DNA of 64,000 bases from Bacteroidales bacterium (GCA_017960885.1 JAGCYI010000230.1:3175-67174); one strand, 5' to 3'. Positions 48,875-58,589 are shown, counted from the first letter of the stretch. The notes: a model not told the origin generated them from the sequence alone. A program made the numbers and translations.

Positions 48875-49864
48875 ATGGCTGAAATTAAAGCATCTGAGGT
48901 GATGAAACTCAGAGGTATGACTGGCGCCGGAATGATGGACTGCAAAAAAGCTCTCATCGAATCTAACGGCGACTTTGATGCCGCTATCGACATTCTCAGA
49001 AAAAAAGGACAGAAAATCGCTAGCAAACGCGCTGACCGCGACGCCAAAGAAGGCTGCGTGCTCGGCGGTGTTTCTGCTGACGGCAAAAAAGCATATATCG
49101 TTTCGCTCAACTGCGAAACCGACTTCGTAGCCAAGAATGCTGACTTCGTTAAGTTTACTCAGGATATTCTTGCTGCCGCTATCGCCAACGATCCCGCCGA
49201 CGCCGATGCCCTCAAAGCTGTTGCTTACGGCAAAGGCACTATCAACGACGAGATCATGAACCAGAACGGCGTTATCGGTGAGAAGATTGAGCTCGGTTTC
49301 TACGGCAAAATCTCTGGCGACCAGGCTGTAGTTTACAACCACATGGGCAACCGCCTCACAGCTGCTATCGCTTTCAACAAACCCGCCGACGCTACCGTTG
49401 CTAAAAACGTGGCTATGCAGGTTGCCGCTATGTCGCCTATGGCTATCGACAAGGACGGCATCGATCCCGAGGTTATCAACAAGGAGCTCGAGGTTGCTAA
49501 AGAGAAAACAGTTCAGGAGCAGATTCAGAAGAAGGTTGAGGCCGCTCTCAAGAAAGTTGGCATCAATCCCGCTCACGTTGACTCTGACGACCACATCGCT
49601 TCTAACATCACCAAAGGCTGGATCACCGAGGAACAGGGCGCTCAGGCTAAGGAAATCAAGGCTAAAATCGCTGCTGAAACCGAAGTTCCCGCTCAGATGA
49701 TCGAGAACATCGCCAAAGGTCGTATCAACAAATTCTACGAGGAGAACACTCTTCTCAACCAGAAGTTTGAGCAGGATAACAAAATCACTATCCGCGAATA
49801 CCTCAAACAGAGCGACAAAGACCTCACCGTTTCGGCTATGCTCCGTTTCGGTCTTGGCAACTAA
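48875..49864 (+). CDS. tsf: Elongation factor Ts
   Basis: LR..TGAGMMDCKKAL, NCETDFVA; Bacteroidales-type insertion. Confidence 0.98.
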   Translation: MAEIKASEVMKLRGMTGAGMMDCKKALIESNGDFDAAIDILRKKGQKIASKRADRDAKEGCVLGGVSADGKKAYIVSLNCETDFVAKNADFVKFTQDILAAAIANDPADADALKAVAYGKGTINDEIMNQNGVIGEKIELGFYGKISGDQAVVYNHMGNRLTAAIAFNKPADATVAKNVAMQVAAMSPMAIDKDGIDPEVINKELEVAKEKTVQEQIQKKVEAALKKVGINPAHVDSDDHIASNITKGWITEEQGAQAKEIKAKIAAETEVPAQMIENIAKGRINKFYEENTLLNQKFEQDNKITIREYLKQSDKDLTVSAMLRFGLGN

Positions 49865-49901
49865 TATTTGTTGTATATAACACGAATTTATTATAGCGTA
49901 G

Positions 49902-49933
49902 GACAGTGTGCTAAAGCACACTGTCTTTTTTTT
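49902..49933 (+). terminator. tsf terminator
   Basis: GACAGTGTGCT-AA-AGCACACTGTC followed by a T-run. Confidence 0.85.
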
Positions 49934-49940
49934 GAACAAA

Positions 49941-50030
49941 AATTAAAACGAATTTTAACGAATTAAAGCGTATTTTTTAGTGAGAATAATTCGTTTCGAT
50001 TCGCTTTCATTCGTTTTAATTCATGTTTAA
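49941..50030. repeat. Palindromic element of 10-bp periodic CGAAT/ATTCG units
   Basis: AATTAAAACG|AATTTTAACG|AATTAAAGCG ... ATTCGTTTCG|ATTCGCTTTC|ATTCGTTTTA; perfect 13-bp inverted repeat 49941-49953/50009-50021. Confidence 0.65.
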
Positions 50031-50033
50031 AAA

Positions 50034-50067
50034 AAAGAAAAACCACGGCTTGCCGTGGTTTTTCTTT
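50034..50067 (-). terminator. Terminator of C1 peptidase gene
   Basis: AAAGAAAAACCACGGC-TT-GCCGTGGTTTTTCTTT. Confidence 0.85.
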
Positions 50068-50098
50068 AAAGTGTATATCGTGAATTTATGTTTGTTCG

Positions 50099-51283
50099 CT
50101 ATTTTTTGATGCCGAGTTTTTTAGCTATGTCGGCGGGGATAGCGTCTTTGTGCACCAGAAAATCCATTGTCTTGTATGCTGCAAAGGCTTTTGAAATGTA
50201 CCATGTGCCTTTGTATTTGTTGTCGGTGCCCCAGCTGTTCTTTACCATGTAGTAGAGCTTGCCGTTCTGGTCTTTTGCAAGTCCGTAGATGAGCATGCCG
50301 TGGTCGTCGGTGGTCTCCCAGTTGTCGTAAGCAACTTGACGCATCTCCTGGGTGGGAGTGATTTCGGGGAGGGGTTTGGATGTAAGGTAAGCCTTTTTCT
50401 CGGTGGTGTTCATGCCTGTCCAGCGAGCCTGGTCGCTGCCGATGGTGTTTTTGTTCTTTACGTCGGGACAAACGCCGATACCGTCGCGGTTGAAGCCCTG
50501 CTCGCTAACGTCGGCACCCCAAGCCACGGTGTAACCCTTGTCGATGGCATTGTCGATAATGCGCATCATCTCGTCCATAGGAACATTGTACGATGCGTCC
50601 CAACGCCAGTTGTCGGGAATTTCGAGGATGAATTTCTGATAGAAAGGATGATGTGTGTAAGATGTGATAGACACGTAATCGTTGAAATTCAAACCGAGCG
50701 ATTCTGCGTAAGATTTAGGCGTGTATTCTTTGCCCTTGTAGGTGAATTTTTCGGGACAAACGCCAAGGTATGTGTCGTAGATGGCGGTAACAGATCTTTT
50801 CCAGTTGGGCGAAATCTTCTTGGCGTCGCTTTTGGCAATAGCCGAAACAATGCCGCCAGCCACCTTGTCCATTTCGTTGTTGTTGGGCAGCGAGTCGCCG
50901 CTGAGGTTTCCCATCGATGGCATTGCGTCTTGAGGAATAATGCCGTAGTTCTGCATGCAGAAAAGCACGTCGTAAGCGCTACCTCCCGGGCTGAACGAAA
51001 CGTCGCCGTGGGTGCGTACAGCCTTGTCGGCGCGGTCTTCCATGGTTTTGTGCACTACGAATGCCTCGCTGAAATCGTATTCGCCCTTGCCGAGGCGGAG
51101 AAGTTCTGCCTCAAAAAACGACAGCGTGCTGAAGCACCAGCATGTGCCGCTCTGGTATTGGTTCTTAACTGATGTTATGGGAATAGTCTTGACGGTTGTA
51201 AATTTGAAACCCTCGTCGTTTTGGGCGAGGACGGCAGTACTTATCAAAGCGGTTGCCATAGCCGCTGCTAAGTGTTTTTTCAT
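50099..51283 (-). CDS. Secreted C1 family cysteine aminopeptidase (PepC/bleomycin hydrolase-like)
   Basis: QYQSGTCWCFS (Cys), TDDHGM (His), VKNSWG (Asn); signal peptide. Confidence 0.94.
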   Translation of the reverse strand: MKKHLAAAMATALISTAVLAQNDEGFKFTTVKTIPITSVKNQYQSGTCWCFSTLSFFEAELLRLGKGEYDFSEAFVVHKTMEDRADKAVRTHGDVSFSPGGSAYDVLFCMQNYGIIPQDAMPSMGNLSGDSLPNNNEMDKVAGGIVSAIAKSDAKKISPNWKRSVTAIYDTYLGVCPEKFTYKGKEYTPKSYAESLGLNFNDYVSITSYTHHPFYQKFILEIPDNWRWDASYNVPMDEMMRIIDNAIDKGYTVAWGADVSEQGFNRDGIGVCPDVKNKNTIGSDQARWTGMNTTEKKAYLTSKPLPEITPTQEMRQVAYDNWETTDDHGMLIYGLAKDQNGKLYYMVKNSWGTDNKYKGTWYISKAFAAYKTMDFLVHKDAIPADIAKKLGIKK

Positions 51284-51330
51284 TGTTGTAGTTTTTTTTA
51301 TAATTGTCTATGATTTAGGGATATGCCTGT

Positions 51331-51588
51331 CTATTCCTCAGGTTTGCGCATTATGGCATATATCTCGAAAGCAAAGCCAAAGAGCACTACTATTGGCGCG
51401 AGAGTGATACGGCGGAAAGAGAAAATATCCTCGTTGAATACGTTTGGATCTTCGCTAGCACCGCCGGCCATCAAAATAAAGCCGAATACTATGATAATAA
51501 AACCTATGATGAGGAGCTTGTAATTGAGCTTTCCGAAGGCAAAACCGTCGTCTTTATTGGTTTCTGAATTTTTATTTTCTTGTTCCAT
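51331..51588 (-). CDS. DUF3098 membrane protein
   Basis: FAFGK.NY..GFILM.GG..FNEDIFSFRRI.LAP..YAI. Confidence 0.9.
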   Translation of the reverse strand: MEQENKNSETNKDDGFAFGKLNYKLLIIGFIIIVFGFILMAGGASEDPNVFNEDIFSFRRITLAPIVVLFGFAFEIYAIMRKPEE

Positions 51589-51601
51589 AATGCTTTGATT
51601 A

Positions 51602-53089
51602 TTAAATATTAAACATATTAGCTGAGGGACGTTGCCCTAGGATTTCGCCACACGAGAAAAACGATGTCATGCTTACGCCGAGAATACCGTGGAGGTTGAG
51701 GTTCTGACCTGTGAGCCAGAGGTTTGGAATCGGAGTCTTGGGTGTGAGCAGTGTGTACATCAGTCGGTCGTAGTCTTTAGCGATGCCGAAAGCCGAACCG
51801 TTTTGTGTAGCGGTGTAGTCGCGGTAGGTTAGGGGAGTGGATGTGTAAACCGACTCTACCGCATTGGCAAAACCTTTAATATATTTGTCGGCGAGGGCGA
51901 TGAGCTGCTCCGCCTTTTTTTGTTTCAGTTCGATGTATTGTTGCGGACGGTGTCCGAGAGTGGAATCTTGAAACTGTTCCACGTCGCTCCAAAGCATAGG
52001 CGTGAGCAAGTCTACGTTTTGGGCGTATCTACTTTGGTCTTCGGGAACGGCGAAGCTTACAAGAGCGCCACGTGGTTTTTCGTCGGCGGTTTGAGTGCCT
52101 TCGTCCCAAATGTCGTCGGTTTCGTGAATGTAGATGTTGCGATTTAGGTATTCGATGGAGTTGGGTTTGAGCTTGATGTTTGCCGTAAACATTCCGAAAG
52201 TGTTTTCGAGCGACGAAATGCGTTTACGGTAAATTTTTTTGATAAACGAAGTGTTTTGAGCCAAGTTGAGGGTGGCGGCAGGGTGGATGTTTGAAATTAA
52301 GTATTTGGTTTCCACAGGTTCGCGGCCTTCGATTTCAACGGCAGAGACTCTGCCTTCGGATTCAACAAGGTTGGTAACCTTTGCGCCAGCAATTACTTGT
52401 CCGCCCATAGAGGTGATGCTCTGGGCAAGTTTTTCGGCTATCTGCATGCCACCGCCACGGATACGGTACGCACTTTGGATAAACGAGCTGTTGATCTGCG
52501 CGAAAGTGTAAAGCGGCAGGTGCTGCTTGTCTAAGTGCAGTTTTGCCGACGTACCCGAAAGCACATTCTGCAATACAGGGTCGGAAATTGTGCTTGTAAG
52601 GTATTGGTAGGCGTTTTTGGCAAAAAGAGTGTCGCCAGAGAGGTTTTGCTCGGGGTCGCGGTCGAAACTCTCAAAAATGCCTTCGCCTACGCCACGGAGA
52701 AACTTGGTGTAGGTTTTGAGCTCGTTTGCAGAGTTTGGGAAATACTCTGTCATCTTGTCGCAAAAACGGTCGTAGCCGTTGACAAACATATAAGATTTGT
52801 TGCGGTAGAAAATCTGGTCGAATCCGTCGGGGTCGAGTTTTTGCCACGGCAGATCCATCAGGTCAAAGTATTTGAAAATGCGATTGAGAGGCTGCCCCTC
52901 GTCTAATCCACCGATGTAGTGAAATCCTGTGTCGAACTTGGTGTTTTTGCGCACGAAAGTCTGGATGCATCCACCAATAAGACGGTTTTGCTCCAATACG
53001 CACACTTTCATGCCGTGTTTTGCAAGAATGTATGCACATTGCAATCCACCGAGACCTGCGCCGATAATAACTACATCGTATTTTTCCAT
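51602..53089 (-). CDS. NAD(P)/FAD oxidoreductase (phytoene desaturase/retinol saturase-like, APE-cluster type)
   Basis: IIGAGLGGL, FDTGFHYIGGL, TPLTYRDY, LTGQN..LHGILGV; start ATG 53089. Confidence 0.88.
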   Translation of the reverse strand: MEKYDVVIIGAGLGGLQCAYILAKHGMKVCVLEQNRLIGGCIQTFVRKNTKFDTGFHYIGGLDEGQPLNRIFKYFDLMDLPWQKLDPDGFDQIFYRNKSYMFVNGYDRFCDKMTEYFPNSANELKTYTKFLRGVGEGIFESFDRDPEQNLSGDTLFAKNAYQYLTSTISDPVLQNVLSGTSAKLHLDKQHLPLYTFAQINSSFIQSAYRIRGGGMQIAEKLAQSITSMGGQVIAGAKVTNLVESEGRVSAVEIEGREPVETKYLISNIHPAATLNLAQNTSFIKKIYRKRISSLENTFGMFTANIKLKPNSIEYLNRNIYIHETDDIWDEGTQTADEKPRGALVSFAVPEDQSRYAQNVDLLTPMLWSDVEQFQDSTLGHRPQQYIELKQKKAEQLIALADKYIKGFANAVESVYTSTPLTYRDYTATQNGSAFGIAKDYDRLMYTLLTPKTPIPNLWLTGQNLNLHGILGVSMTSFFSCGEILGQRPSANMFNI

Positions 53090-53099
53090 GGCGCAATTA

Positions 53100-53465
53100 T
53101 TATTTTTCGGCAACTGTGCCGCTTAGAGTCATATAAGTGGTTTCGCCGTAGAATATTGTGGCAGAAACTTTTGAAGAGTCGGCAGTGTCGGTTTGCACCT
53201 TGATGTTGAGTATTGGCGAACCTTCGGGCGTAACCATAGCAGTAAGTCTGCAACGGTCTATAGCTGTGAAAGTCAGATGTTTGGATGTTGCGTCTTCAAC
53301 ACATTCTTTAATCATCTGAATGTTGCATACACCGGGTGTGATATGCCGTTCAGGGAAATGACCTTGATATACAGAATGATTTGCGTTTAGTTTTACAGTG
53401 TATACGTGGCTTCCGTCGCTTTCTGCTGTATGGTTTTCTACGTAATAAAAATCTTTAATAAGCAT
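53100..53465 (-). CDS. 3-hydroxyacyl-ACP dehydratase (ApeI/FabZ-like)
   Basis: H.VYQGHFP..ITPGVCNIQMIKE. Confidence 0.85.
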   Translation of the reverse strand: MLIKDFYYVENHTAESDGSHVYTVKLNANHSVYQGHFPERHITPGVCNIQMIKECVEDATSKHLTFTAIDRCRLTAMVTPEGSPILNIKVQTDTADSSKVSATIFYGETTYMTLSGTVAEK

Positions 53466-53498
53466 AATCGGCTGGTTTTAAAAGATTTGCAAAAATGG

Positions 53499-53936
53499 TT
53501 AGGAAATGTTCCAACGATTTTTCCATTCCACAATGAAATCGGGGTTTGATAATTCAAAAACGCCGCTACGCGAAACGAACAATTGTGTTGTGTCGGCTTC
53601 GATGATCACAGCGTTGTCTTTTGGACGCGTAATAATGTATTGGAATACCAATTTGGCAGCTTTAGTAGGTACGTAAGTAATCTTAATCTTAAGAATGTCG
53701 CCTATACGTGCCGAGTTGCGGTATTTGATGTGCATATCTACCATTGGTGCCGTGTATCCGCTGTTGAAAATATGGAGATATTCTAATCCGTATTTTTCGC
53801 CGAATGCCTCGCGGGCGTTTTCCATATATTTAACATAGTTGCCGTGCCAAACCATTTGGATGGCGTCGAGGTCGTAAAACGGCACTGTAAAGTCGAGATT
53901 TACCGACAATTCATCGTTGATGCTGTTCTGCTCCAT
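53499..53936 (-). CDS. Acyl-CoA/ACP thioesterase (hotdog fold)
   Basis: FYDLDA..VWHGNYVKYME.ARE. Confidence 0.88.
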   Translation of the reverse strand: MEQNSINDELSVNLDFTVPFYDLDAIQMVWHGNYVKYMENAREAFGEKYGLEYLHIFNSGYTAPMVDMHIKYRNSARIGDILKIKITYVPTKAAKLVFQYIITRPKDNAVIIEADTTQLFVSRSGVFELSNPDFIVEWKNRWNIS

Positions 53937-54370
53937 TATTTATCCATAAAGATTTTCATTTTGCACACAGCCACTGTGGCGCCGTTGATTTTTGATTCGG
54001 CGTTCATAAGTGTGATGTTCATCGCCTGCGAAATTACCGACATTGAAGTTTCGATGTTGTCGCCTACCTTTGGCAGGGGTGCTTGCAAAGCGAATTTTTT
54101 GATTTCGGCGATATATCCCAATACGATAGGGCGGTGGTTGATCCAGTCGTTGTATCCAGCAAACGTGGCAGCGCTTTGTGCAATGTGCTCAATGAGCCCA
54201 GTTTCGGCGAAAACGCCGTTTTCTACAAAGATATTGCTTTCTGCCACGGTAAGCCCTGTCTCCACGTCGGTTTCCGACACGGAGAACAGTTTGTCTACCA
54301 TGAGCATGGGCTCGCGCTGCGGAATAAAGGTCTTAATTCCATCGCCCGCATAAAGAACGGTTTTGGCCAT
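53936..54370 (-). CDS. Hotdog dehydratase (ApeP-like)
   Basis: IPQREPMLMVD, GLIEHIAQS.A..GY..G.I..IK. Confidence 0.82.
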   Translation of the reverse strand: MAKTVLYAGDGIKTFIPQREPMLMVDKLFSVSETDVETGLTVAESNIFVENGVFAETGLIEHIAQSAATFAGYNDWINHRPIVLGYIAEIKKFALQAPLPKVGDNIETSMSVISQAMNITLMNAESKINGATVAVCKMKIFMDK

Positions 54371-54373
54371 ATG

Positions 54374-54619
54374 TTATGCGTTGGTTTTTTCGTATACGAA
54401 ATCGTAGAGGTTTTGGAATGTCTTAACCTGGGCAACACTCTGTCCTTTGATTTCTACACCGAATTCTTCTTCGATTACTGCAATCATGTCTACGAGGCTG
54501 AGGCTGTCGAGCTGAAGAGTGGCTTTGATCTCTTTTTCGGGAGCAATTTCGGTTTCTTCTACTTCAAATTCGTTAGCGAGTACAGAGTTGATCTTTGCGA
54601 TAAGTTCGTTTTTTTCCAT
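54374..54619 (-). CDS. Acyl carrier protein
   Basis: LQLDSLSLVDM phosphopantetheine Ser motif; start ATG 54619. Confidence 0.92.
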   Translation of the reverse strand: MEKNELIAKINSVLANEFEVEETEIAPEKEIKATLQLDSLSLVDMIAVIEEEFGVEIKGQSVAQVKTFQNLYDFVYEKTNA

Positions 54620-54735
54620 TTTTAGAGTGTTTTTTATTAATATTATAATTATTTCAAGGTGCAAAATTGATAAAAATAATTTAAGTTGGCAAAATAATTT
54701 TAAAAAAGTGTGAATTTGCACAAAAAAAACGAGGC

Positions 54736-54774
54736 AAAAAAACGCCGCAAGTTATCAGATGATTTTGCGGCGTT
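54736..54774 (-). terminator. Hairpin downstream of the CotH gene (related to the 57301 hairpin)
   Basis: A-run, then AACGCCGCAA..TTGCGGCGTT. Confidence 0.75.
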
Positions 54775-54805
54775 GAATATGTTTTTACAAGTTATCGGCA
54801 ACTAC

Positions 54806-57175
54806 CTATTGGATTATTACTTTGTAAAAGTGATTGTTGATAGCTACTATAAAGATGCCTGATTTGGCGATATTTATTTCTTCGTGCGAAGAATTGGTGG
54901 TTGAATATGCTATTGTTCTGCCGTTTAGGTCAATAATTTTGTATTGGCTGTCGGGTACGGATTCGATGAATAATGTGCGCGAGTATGCCCATACTTTATC
55001 GGCTGCGGCACCCCCAGCTGTTTCGACAACAGGAGTGGTGGTGTTTTCTTGGTCTGTATTGGATTTTGGTATGATGGAAAAAGTTTTGGTAAGTGTTCCA
55101 ATGTATTTGCCTATGCCAGTAATTGTAACTGTATACTCACCAACATTGACACAATCTCCTGGAAGGGTTACTGTGTAGTCGATTGAAGATATTAATGGCA
55201 GGTTGCTATCGGTTAGTGTAATAATGGGCGTTTCAGCTTCTCCAGAAAAAACCGCATTGTCGATAGTTAAATCGCAAAGAGTAATATCTTTTCTTTTTAG
55301 CCAAACTGCTGTGAACTCTTTGTCGCCAAGGTGGTCGTCTGAAATATTAATAGTTTCTGTAAGTCCATCTAGCCCAGTACCAATCCATCCAGCAAACATG
55401 TACCCATCCTTAGTGGGATTTGTTACAGTGAAAGGTGCAGTGCTCTTGGAAATAAAAACTTCGGGGTTGGAACTTGAGAGCGTGCCACCGTTGAGGTTGT
55501 AAGTGATTGAAAAAGAATTGTTAATAGCGTTATCTAGCCATAAAAAACGTTCATTTAGCCAATTTTTCATATAGTCAATCTCGCTTTGATATGTAGTTCT
55601 TTCTGTATATCCATCGGGGTTCGGATAAATGTTTTTGCCCAGAATTTTCCATTTTAGAAAATTTAATTCAGCAGAAATGGCGTTGCCGTTCGCCAGAGTC
55701 TGGATTGTGTCTTCTTCAGCAAAAGTTTGCAATAATGCTTCTTTTTTGTCATTCCACCGTTTTTTTACATTCTCTACAAAAACTGGGTCGTCAAACATAC
55801 GTGAAATCCACTTGGAATCTTTAATAAAGAAATCATCGCTTTTGTCGCAGTTGAATGTTCTATTGTTACCGAAAGAATGGTCAAAATCCCAATTTGGCCC
55901 CAAATATAATTTACCATTGGTAGGATTAAAACATATATAAACTGATGTATGAAATTGAGCGTCGTGATCTTTTCCAAATTCATTAACGATATACCAATCA
56001 ATCACAGCGTCCTCGTCAATATATTTGCGCCAACCGTCTTCTCCTGTGAAAAAGCTTGAATATAATGCATCTTCGGCTGTTTTTACAATGTTCTTTATTA
56101 CATCTTTAGCGTCTTCTTCTATTTCGTCGGGTTCTTTTAAGACCATAACAACGCCTTGTGATGTTTTCCACCAAAAATCGGCATCTTTACGAAAGTCAAC
56201 TTCGAGGACAAAACCTCCGTCGTAGAGATCTATTACACCATCACCATTTTGATCTGTATATTTGTTTGTTGCGATATTATCTTCTGTGTAATCAGAAATG
56301 TCCTGATAGTTGACCCTGCCATTCCCTATTGATATCTTTTCACAGAAAAGATAATTGCCTAAATATTCTCCATTTACTATCCAATCGACAGATGTAAAGG
56401 AAGGATTCCATGTGGAATTGAAAATTTGAGTGCCCAAAATAGACGCATATTTGTTGCGTAAAAGGGTTTTGTCTGAATAATTAGCAACCAAGCACCATTT
56501 TTTTGAATCAGGGAGGCCAAAAAAGGATTGTTTTTTATCAAATTTCAAATTATATCCTTTTTTGGGTTCGTTCCAACTCGAATTTCCCCTTCCCTTTATT
56601 CCTTCTTTTTTTTCTCCGTTTTTTTCTTTTTTGAATGCATAATCAAAGACGTCAGTTCCTGAAACGAGTTTCATATTTCCAAAAGCATATTCGTCTTTTG
56701 TAATAGAAGATAATGGTATTTCTGTATTAATATACAATATCGGCAATCCCGTGTGTGCAGCAGCAACCACATCTGAGTATTCGGTATTTGTTTGGTCGAT
56801 GGTGGTTTCGCAAAGGTAGTAGCGTATACCTTTTTCGGAGAATGGCTCAACGGCAAGTTCGGGTGATGATGACCAAGCGGTGGGGGACTGCTCTTTTAGG
56901 TTGTCTTTTTCAGATGATACATACCAACGGTAAAGAATGTCTGATTGGTCATGGAATTCGTGTTCTGCCATGCAGGTGAGGGTGCATGATTCGTCTTTTT
57001 GAAGGCACATATTCATGGGTTGAACCGAAAAAATCGGAATGTCTGGTTCTTCCTGTGCATTAGCTGTTGATGAATTTAAAAATGATAGGGTGATAATAAG
57101 ATTAATAAGGAAGGAAGTTTTAACTTTTGTTCTTTTAAAATTACATTGTGTAAATCTTTGTATGTTTTTTTTCAT
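54806..57175 (-). CDS. CotH kinase-family secreted protein with Ig-like domain, InlB B-repeat and T9SS-like CTD
   Basis: IKGRGNSSW..KKGY.LK, W.LVANY.DKTLLRN, GPNWDFD; ITYNLNGG..PTKDGY.F.GW; C-terminal IIDLNGR..GIFIV..KVII; start adjusted to ATG 57175. Confidence 0.88.
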   Translation of the reverse strand: MKKNIQRFTQCNFKRTKVKTSFLINLIITLSFLNSSTANAQEEPDIPIFSVQPMNMCLQKDESCTLTCMAEHEFHDQSDILYRWYVSSEKDNLKEQSPTAWSSSPELAVEPFSEKGIRYYLCETTIDQTNTEYSDVVAAAHTGLPILYINTEIPLSSITKDEYAFGNMKLVSGTDVFDYAFKKEKNGEKKEGIKGRGNSSWNEPKKGYNLKFDKKQSFFGLPDSKKWCLVANYSDKTLLRNKYASILGTQIFNSTWNPSFTSVDWIVNGEYLGNYLFCEKISIGNGRVNYQDISDYTEDNIATNKYTDQNGDGVIDLYDGGFVLEVDFRKDADFWWKTSQGVVMVLKEPDEIEEDAKDVIKNIVKTAEDALYSSFFTGEDGWRKYIDEDAVIDWYIVNEFGKDHDAQFHTSVYICFNPTNGKLYLGPNWDFDHSFGNNRTFNCDKSDDFFIKDSKWISRMFDDPVFVENVKKRWNDKKEALLQTFAEEDTIQTLANGNAISAELNFLKWKILGKNIYPNPDGYTERTTYQSEIDYMKNWLNERFLWLDNAINNSFSITYNLNGGTLSSSNPEVFISKSTAPFTVTNPTKDGYMFAGWIGTGLDGLTETINISDDHLGDKEFTAVWLKRKDITLCDLTIDNAVFSGEAETPIITLTDSNLPLISSIDYTVTLPGDCVNVGEYTVTITGIGKYIGTLTKTFSIIPKSNTDQENTTTPVVETAGGAAADKVWAYSRTLFIESVPDSQYKIIDLNGRTIAYSTTNSSHEEINIAKSGIFIVAINNHFYKVIIQ

Positions 57176-57300
57176 CGGCGTTAATAATTTAATGGTTATT
57201 CTTATCAAGGTTATTTGTTGCAAATATAGTTATTTTAGCAATTAGTTGCTAATTATTTGACTGGTATTGTCAATGATAATCCTACTTTTTTTATTATAGG

Positions 57301-57349
57301 TCAAAAAAAACGCCGCAGTCAACAAAACTTGACTGCGGCGTTTTTTTGA
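57301..57349. terminator. Hairpin downstream of the ketosynthase
   Basis: TCAAAAAAAACGCCGCAGTCAA..TTGACTGCGGCGTTTTTTTGA. Confidence 0.85.
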
Positions 57350-57368
57350 ATAATAATGAATTATATGA

Positions 57369-58589
57369 CTATAAATTCTTTACAATAAGTGTCGAGTTTG
57401 TACCGCCAAAGCCGAACGAGTTGGAGAGGAACATGTCGAAATGTGCGTCTACTCTCTGTCCAGGGATGTTGAGCTTAGCGGAGTCTTCGTCGGGATTTTC
57501 AAAGTTGAGGTTGGCTGCTACAAAATTGTTTTTCATCATAAGGATTGAATAGATAACTTCGCTTGCGCCAGCCATCCACATTTCGTGTCCGGTCTGACTC
57601 TTGGTAGATGTAACGTAAGGTTTGCAGTCGCCAAAGATCTGCGAGATGGCCTTAGCCTCGTTCATGTCGCCGATGTGTGTTGAAGTAGCATGTGCGTTAA
57701 CATATCCTATCTCGTTGACATTCACGCCAGAAAGACGGAGGCAGTTTTCCAACGATTTAGCAGGACCTGCAACGTTGGGCGATGAGATGTGGTCGCCGTT
57801 CGACGAGAATCCCCAGCCTTTGATTTCTGCTATTATGTTTGCGCCACGTTTTACTGCGTGTTCGTATTCTTCGATGATTACAGTGGCTGCGCCGCCGCCG
57901 GGAACAAGACCGTCGCGGTCGCGGTCGAACGGACGTGATGCCTTGGTGGGAGCGTCCTCACGTGTAGAGAATGCGCTGATGCCGTCGAAGCTGCCTACTG
58001 CGTAGGGGTTAACCTCTTGTGCGCCACCGCATACTACCATATCTTCCAAACCGTTGCGGATAAGGAGCGAGCCTAAGCCGATGGCGTGGCTGCCGCTTGC
58101 GCATGCGCCCGAAATGGTAAGGTTGATGCCTCTGAGGTGGAAGATGCAGCCGAGGTTCATTGTAACGGTAGAGTTCATCGACTGGAAAATGCCGCCTGAA
58201 CCAATCAGCGTGGTGTTCTTTTTCTTAAACATAGTTTCTACGCTCTTGTAGACAGGTTCGGCGCTTGAGTCATTGCCGTAGAGAAGTCCAACGCTGTTTG
58301 CGTCCAAATAGTCTTGGTCTATTTTTGCATTGTTGAGGGCTTCTACGGTGGCTACATAAGCGTATTTAGCTTGTTCGGGCATAAATACACGTTGAGCACG
58401 AGAGAGTTGTCCTTTGAGGTCGGGGACGTCTACTTTGGAAGTAAGTCCTGAGCGGAATCCTAATTCTTTGCGTACAGGGTCTAAAATGATGCCCGATACA
58501 CCGTTGTAAAGCGAGTTTTTAACTTCGTCAAGATTTTTGCCGAGGCACGAGTAAATTCCCATGCCAGTGATTACTACTCTTTTTTCCAT
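57369..58589 (-). CDS. Beta-ketoacyl-ACP synthase (FabB/F-like, APE-cluster type)
   Basis: SGACASG (Cys), NAHATST (His), KSQTGH (His), SNSFGFGGTN. Confidence 0.95.
   Translation of the reverse strand: MEKRVVITGMGIYSCLGKNLDEVKNSLYNGVSGIILDPVRKELGFRSGLTSKVDVPDLKGQLSRAQRVFMPEQAKYAYVATVEALNNAKIDQDYLDANSVGLLYGNDSSAEPVYKSVETMFKKKNTTLIGSGGIFQSMNSTVTMNLGCIFHLRGINLTISGACASGSHAIGLGSLLIRNGLEDMVVCGGAQEVNPYAVGSFDGISAFSTREDAPTKASRPFDRDRDGLVPGGGAATVIIEEYEHAVKRGANIIAEIKGWGFSSNGDHISSPNVAGPAKSLENCLRLSGVNVNEIGYVNAHATSTHIGDMNEAKAISQIFGDCKPYVTSTKSQTGHEMWMAGASEVIYSILMMKNNFVAANLNFENPDEDSAKLNIPGQRVDAHFDMFLSNSFGFGGTNSTLIVKNL

Noticed and set aside
49500-49690. Insertion in EF-Ts (possible intein or novel domain)
   Set aside because: Common Bacteroidales EF-Ts feature; no intein motifs
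48851-49939. 362-aa minus-strand ORF
   Set aside because: Antisense shadow of the highly codon-biased tsf; no motifs
49941-50030. Possible mini-CRISPR array
   Set aside because: Units are 10 bp with no spacers, and there are no cas genes
50300-51172. 290-aa plus-strand ORF
   Set aside because: Antisense shadow of the C1 peptidase
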